In this document: positions 60,196-64,000 of the stretch, in pieces | Layout of the letters: the number at the start of each line of letters is the position of its first letter | Numbering within the stretch: the stretch's first letter is position 1 | Assembly: GCA_950097015.1 (NCBI GenBank) | Contig: CATNEN010000003.1 | Location: 9,300,001 to 9,364,000 of the forward strand | Reading direction: 5' to 3' | DNA length: 64,000 nt | From: Macrostomum hystrix | Lineage: Eukaryota; Animalia; Platyhelminthes | The notes under the pieces: model-generated | Told to the model about the DNA's origin: nothing | The model's database searches: none | The model's input: only the letters and a program-made list of their open reading frames with translations | Position numbers and translations under genes: made by a program

Positions 60196-63100
60196 CTACT
60201 GCACTCGCTCGGGTCGATACCTATCGGCAATGTCTCTCGCGTAGTCTATGGCCTCCCTCAATTCGTCAGCTTCCAAGTTCATCGACGAGGCGCTGACGCA
60301 GCGAACACCGTCGGATTGTACAGCGACGGCCAGGCTGTCAAACGAATCGGCCGCGCCGGAGTTGTTGTCTAGCAATGCCCAGACGCCAAGCGTACAGGAC
60401 GGCTGCTGAAGCAGTCCTTGGACAGTCTTGCTAGTCAGCGACACGCCCGACGGTAGCAGGCTAGTTGGAAATGGCACCTTGGCAGTCAGCGCAGGCTTTG
60501 GCAGGTGAAAATGACGCGCCAAATGACCAGCGCCTGGTGCGCGGACTTCGCTGAGCCAGCGGGCGACGATGGAGCCCGGCTCATCTGGCTGCTGCTTCGG
60601 CTGCTGCTGCTGCTGCTGATCAACGTGCGAAGGAAGAGCCCGACCAACCTGCGAACCAGGAAAATTTAAATTTAATTTCATTAAAACGCAAAACATGTAA
60701 AATCATTCATCAGGATTAACATGATTTAATAAAATGACTTACAATGTTCCCTTATCTCAGAGACTTGAAATAATCCCAAATTTCCCCTAATCTAATAGTG
60801 TCTTAAATAATCCTAAATTTCCCCTAATCTAATAGTGTCTTAAATAATCCCAAATTTCCCCTAATCTAATAGTGTCTTAAATAATCCTAAATTTCCCCTA
60901 ATCTAATAGTGTCTTAAATAATCCTAAATTTCCCCTAATCTAATAGTGTCTTAAACAATCCCTAATCTCCCCCTAATGTCAGTGTCCTAAATAATCCGAA
61001 ATCTCTCCTTACCTCAGTATCTTAAACGACCCTCTCAGTCTCATAATCTTAGCCTCTTAAAAAAGCCCAACAGCAGAAGGTGAGCAGTGACTCACCGATA
61101 AGCAGGCAACGCTAAGTCCATCATTGTCAATAAATGGTCCCAGGGCAGGCGGTATCTGCCGCAGCAGATTAGGCAGACTGGCAAAGTCCGAGCCGTCATC
61201 ATCGGTCCGATAGAAGCGCACAGAAGGTGAACAGAACCTGCGATTCGACTGACACAGCAGGCGTTGAACATCGCCAAGATCTGGCAGCTCGAACAGGCTG
61301 CTAGTGTTGCGCAATCTGGTTGGCAAGGTGACACTGTCAAGCCAAGCGGCTGCCAGAGCAGTTGACGCATAGCGCGACACAGTCTGCTCCGCAGATGCCG
61401 ACGTCGTTGATTTCGATAGCCACGGCGACGGTTCAGGCCAAGACGGCGATGACAGGGCGACAATCAGGCCAGCTAGAGGATCTAGGCGAACTAGAGATAA
61501 CAGCGAGCTCAAGCGATAGGCCGGGTATGACGCAACCTCCAGCCAGGTAGGGTCGGGCAGGCAGGGCAGAACTAGGCTGGCCTTTTTAGGGAACTCTTCA
61601 GCCAGGTGGGCTAGAGTGGAGACGGCTAAAGTGCAGCCGAATAGCGGGTCATGCGCATCGGCCAAGAGCTGAAAGCCCTGTGGAAGATAATGGACTCGAA
61701 CTACTAGTTTGAATGAGAATATTAATAATAATAATTGATAAACCTGACCCAGCAGGGCCAGATGTGTAGCCGACAGTACAGCCGCAGCAATCTGAAGGGG
61801 GTTGTAGTCTATAGTGGTTAGAGCGTCGGACTCATGACTTGAAGGTCGGAGGTTCGATTCCTTACTCAACTGGAATTCCCATTCCCGACCTTCAAGTCGG
61901 AAGTGCAGCGGTCTAACCACTAGGCTAAAATTTAACCGGGAATCGAATCCCTGGGAACCGGGAATCGGGAATCGATCCCCCGACCTTCAAGTCGTGAGTT
62001 CAGCGCTCTAACTACTAGGATAAAATGAAACTCCTATTATCTACAACAGCGGTTCTCAACCTTTTATTCAGGCGATCCTAATTTTTTCCCTTGCATCTTT
62101 TTTGTTTGTTTGCGACCCCTATAATAAGCATGCGACCATGCGATAGCCAGCGAACTTTGGTGTGGAGAAGGAGGGAACTGTGCTCAGCCCCCATTTCCTT
62201 GCACAGCGCTGTGAACAGTCGATGATTCAGAGGTCAGCTTTTGATGAAATTCACCACGGGAACGTCTGTCAAGACGGCGTCAGTCAGCTGACAAGTCTTT
62301 GGCTGCCAGTGCTTCACGATGGATGAAGCAATGTGTCCAGCTAGCGTCAGGCGTGACATCCTGGATGCGATTCACAGCACCACTGTTCTTTCATGTGCAC
62401 GCTGCCTGTGCACGCTGGTTCAGTGATACCAACTGATGGAATTTGACGCCTTAACTTCTCCATGAAGTATACTCGCGTGGCTTAGTCGCAACTTCAGGGT
62501 GCTGGGTTTGCAGATGGCGCTTGAGATTTTTTGGTTTCATTGACTCCTTTGACAATGTGACTTCGCAGATAACACATTGTGGTTTTTCATTCGCAGTTTT
62601 GAAACCTAACTCAAGAAATGCTTCATTATAACTGCGCTTAGGTGAGTTTGCAGACGATGCCATTAACAACAGATGAGATTGAATATCTAAATAGATGCCT
62701 CTCTAATCCTAATCTAACCCTAATCCTAAGCAGGTTATTGTGCCTCCAATCGGCTAAGCCAAAAGGAATGGGAATGCGTTTAAATGTGGAGGTGGATTGT
62801 TGAGAGGAGTTCGTCCTCTGGGTAAGGAGTTGCGATCGTTCGTTTTAAGCTCGCTGGGGTAACAAGGTAAAAGGGAGACCGAGAAGGAAAGTTTGTTTTG
62901 CTTGTCGTGTGGTGTCGTGTGACTCAGCCCATATCTAGCAGAACAGGCTTAGCTTGCGACTGCGTGCATATTTTGTGTTGCGACTTCAAGTTGAGTGCTA
63001 GGCCGCTAGTGCTATAGCCATTGCAATGTAGCTAACAGCCTTTGACTTACTTTTACTTTTACTAAAAATGTTTTACTCTAATATCTCTAAAGGGTTCTTC

Positions 63101-64000
63101 CCCAATAAAAAATACATTTTTTATTTTTCTTTTTGCTGCGACCCCCAGAAAATGGTCACGCGACCCCCAGTGGGGTCGCGACCCACAGGTTGAGAACCAC
63201 TGATCTACAATATTGAAGTGAAGGGCAAATGTACACAAACCTGTGTGTGTGTGTGTGTGCGTCTGCGCTCAGGAATCAGCGAAATGGACTTATGCGGTTA
63301 ATTGTCGTCAACTTATGCGCCAGTGCCAAATATTATTAATCTTACTATAATACAAAGGTCAGGGGTTCGATTCTTGACTCCACTGCCCCACTTATTCTCT
63401 TTTAGCAAGGCACTTAACACAGTACTGATTCCGTTCACTAAGCTGTTAAATAGGGGTCATTAGGTAAATAGGGGCGGTTGTGGCGTCCCCCCAGTCCATG
63501 GACTGAACAGGCAGTACGCATGTCGGCTGCACATCTGGCCCAATTGGGGCAGGTGCAATTAGTTAGAAATTAGGATTGGGATTTGAAAACAATCAAAACC
63601 CACCTGCAAGCAGTCGCACTCTTCAGCAAACAGACGCAGTCTAGATTCGATTTCATCCCTGACTTCTCCAGCTCCGGATTCCATAGCTGTGACGGATGAC
63701 AGGTGCAGCAAGGATCGCGGATGAAGCCGGGTGCCGAGGCAGTCATTCCAAGCGCGAAAGCTGGACTCCGAGTACACAGAGGAGCCAGTGACACCATCGT
63801 CACCGATACTGAAAGCCTGCCTTTGAAACTCGTGTCTCTGGCTTGTCCGAGTTCGCACCTCAACTGGTAGGCCGCGCGAGGCAACAGCGGCTGCAGCTGC
63901 GGCAATTGTCGCTGAATCGCCGTCATCGGGGATGCTTCCGGAGGCAGCCGTGAAATCGTGTCCATCGAAGCCGTCGACTTTTGGATTCCGAATATATTGA
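60196..64000 (-). CDS. MSTO1: Misato/DML1 tubulin-related protein (5' end outside the window)
   Basis: Exons >64000-63604 (AWNDCLGTRLHPRS, EIESRLRLFAEECDCLQ), 61677-61096 (GFQLLADAHD...LAEEFPKK), 60648-60196; phase-0 GT..AG introns. Confidence 0.85.
60765..60990. repeat. Intronic minisatellite, 37-nt unit (aataatcctaaatttcccctaatctaatagtgtctta)
   Basis: Tandem copies. Confidence 0.88.
61797..62025. mobile_element. Cluster of three tRNA-like SINE heads (one on +, two on -)
   Basis: 61797-61872 resembles the 7167 head; ~61883-61928 and ~61970-62022 are reverse-complement heads (...ccgaccttcaagtc...ctaac(c/t)actagg). Confidence 0.7.
62047..63202 (-). mobile_element. Internally deleted Buster/Charlie-type hAT DNA transposon
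   Basis: TIRs CAGCGGTTCTCAACC / GGTTGAGAACCACTG; perfect 8-bp TSD ATCTACAA (62039-62046, 63203-63210) with central TA; BED finger PQCVIC...MKP..LKRHL.T.H (62451-62669) and an HCFIHREALAAK remnant at about 62300. Confidence 0.93.
63355..63557 (+). mobile_element. 5'-truncated copy of the CORE-SINE
   Basis: B box, CORE-like segment, and a tail gtggcgtccccccagtccatg...ctgcacatctggccc.attggggcaggtg shared with 7167-7455. Confidence 0.78.

Overview
Eukaryotic, intron-containing invertebrate DNA. The gene style (poly-Q/A runs, minisatellite-filled introns, cGLR expansion) suggests a free-living flatworm such as Macrostomum, which is an inference. I spliced the genes by hand using GT..AG sites and frame continuity. 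The left third (about 1.5-22 kb) looks like an immune/signalling island with four parts: (i) a HOIL-1L/SHARPIN-like protein (LTM-UBL-3xNZF) that ends in a tankyrase-like H-Y-E PARP catalytic domain instead of an RBR ligase; (ii) a divergent TRPV-like channel; (iii) a decayed cGLR fragment; (iv) a ~1,892-aa helical/ankyrin-repeat + Mab-21 (cGAS-like receptor) + C-terminal membrane protein, which the ORF track splits into three ORFs. The middle holds mobile DNA, including a Penelope-like element with inverted pLTRs that each carry a minimal hammerhead ribozyme. The right part is housekeeping: RPL6, FAM20B, an ARHGAP19-like RhoGAP, an intronless TTLL7-like gene with a DxxPVGR-repeat N-terminus and an X-box, and a partial MSTO1/Misato whose intron holds a Buster-type hAT and CORE-SINEs. 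About 20 different minisatellites explain most of the long repetitive ORFs. There is no CRISPR array or rRNA. Reference-protein comparisons are from memory, not from database searches.
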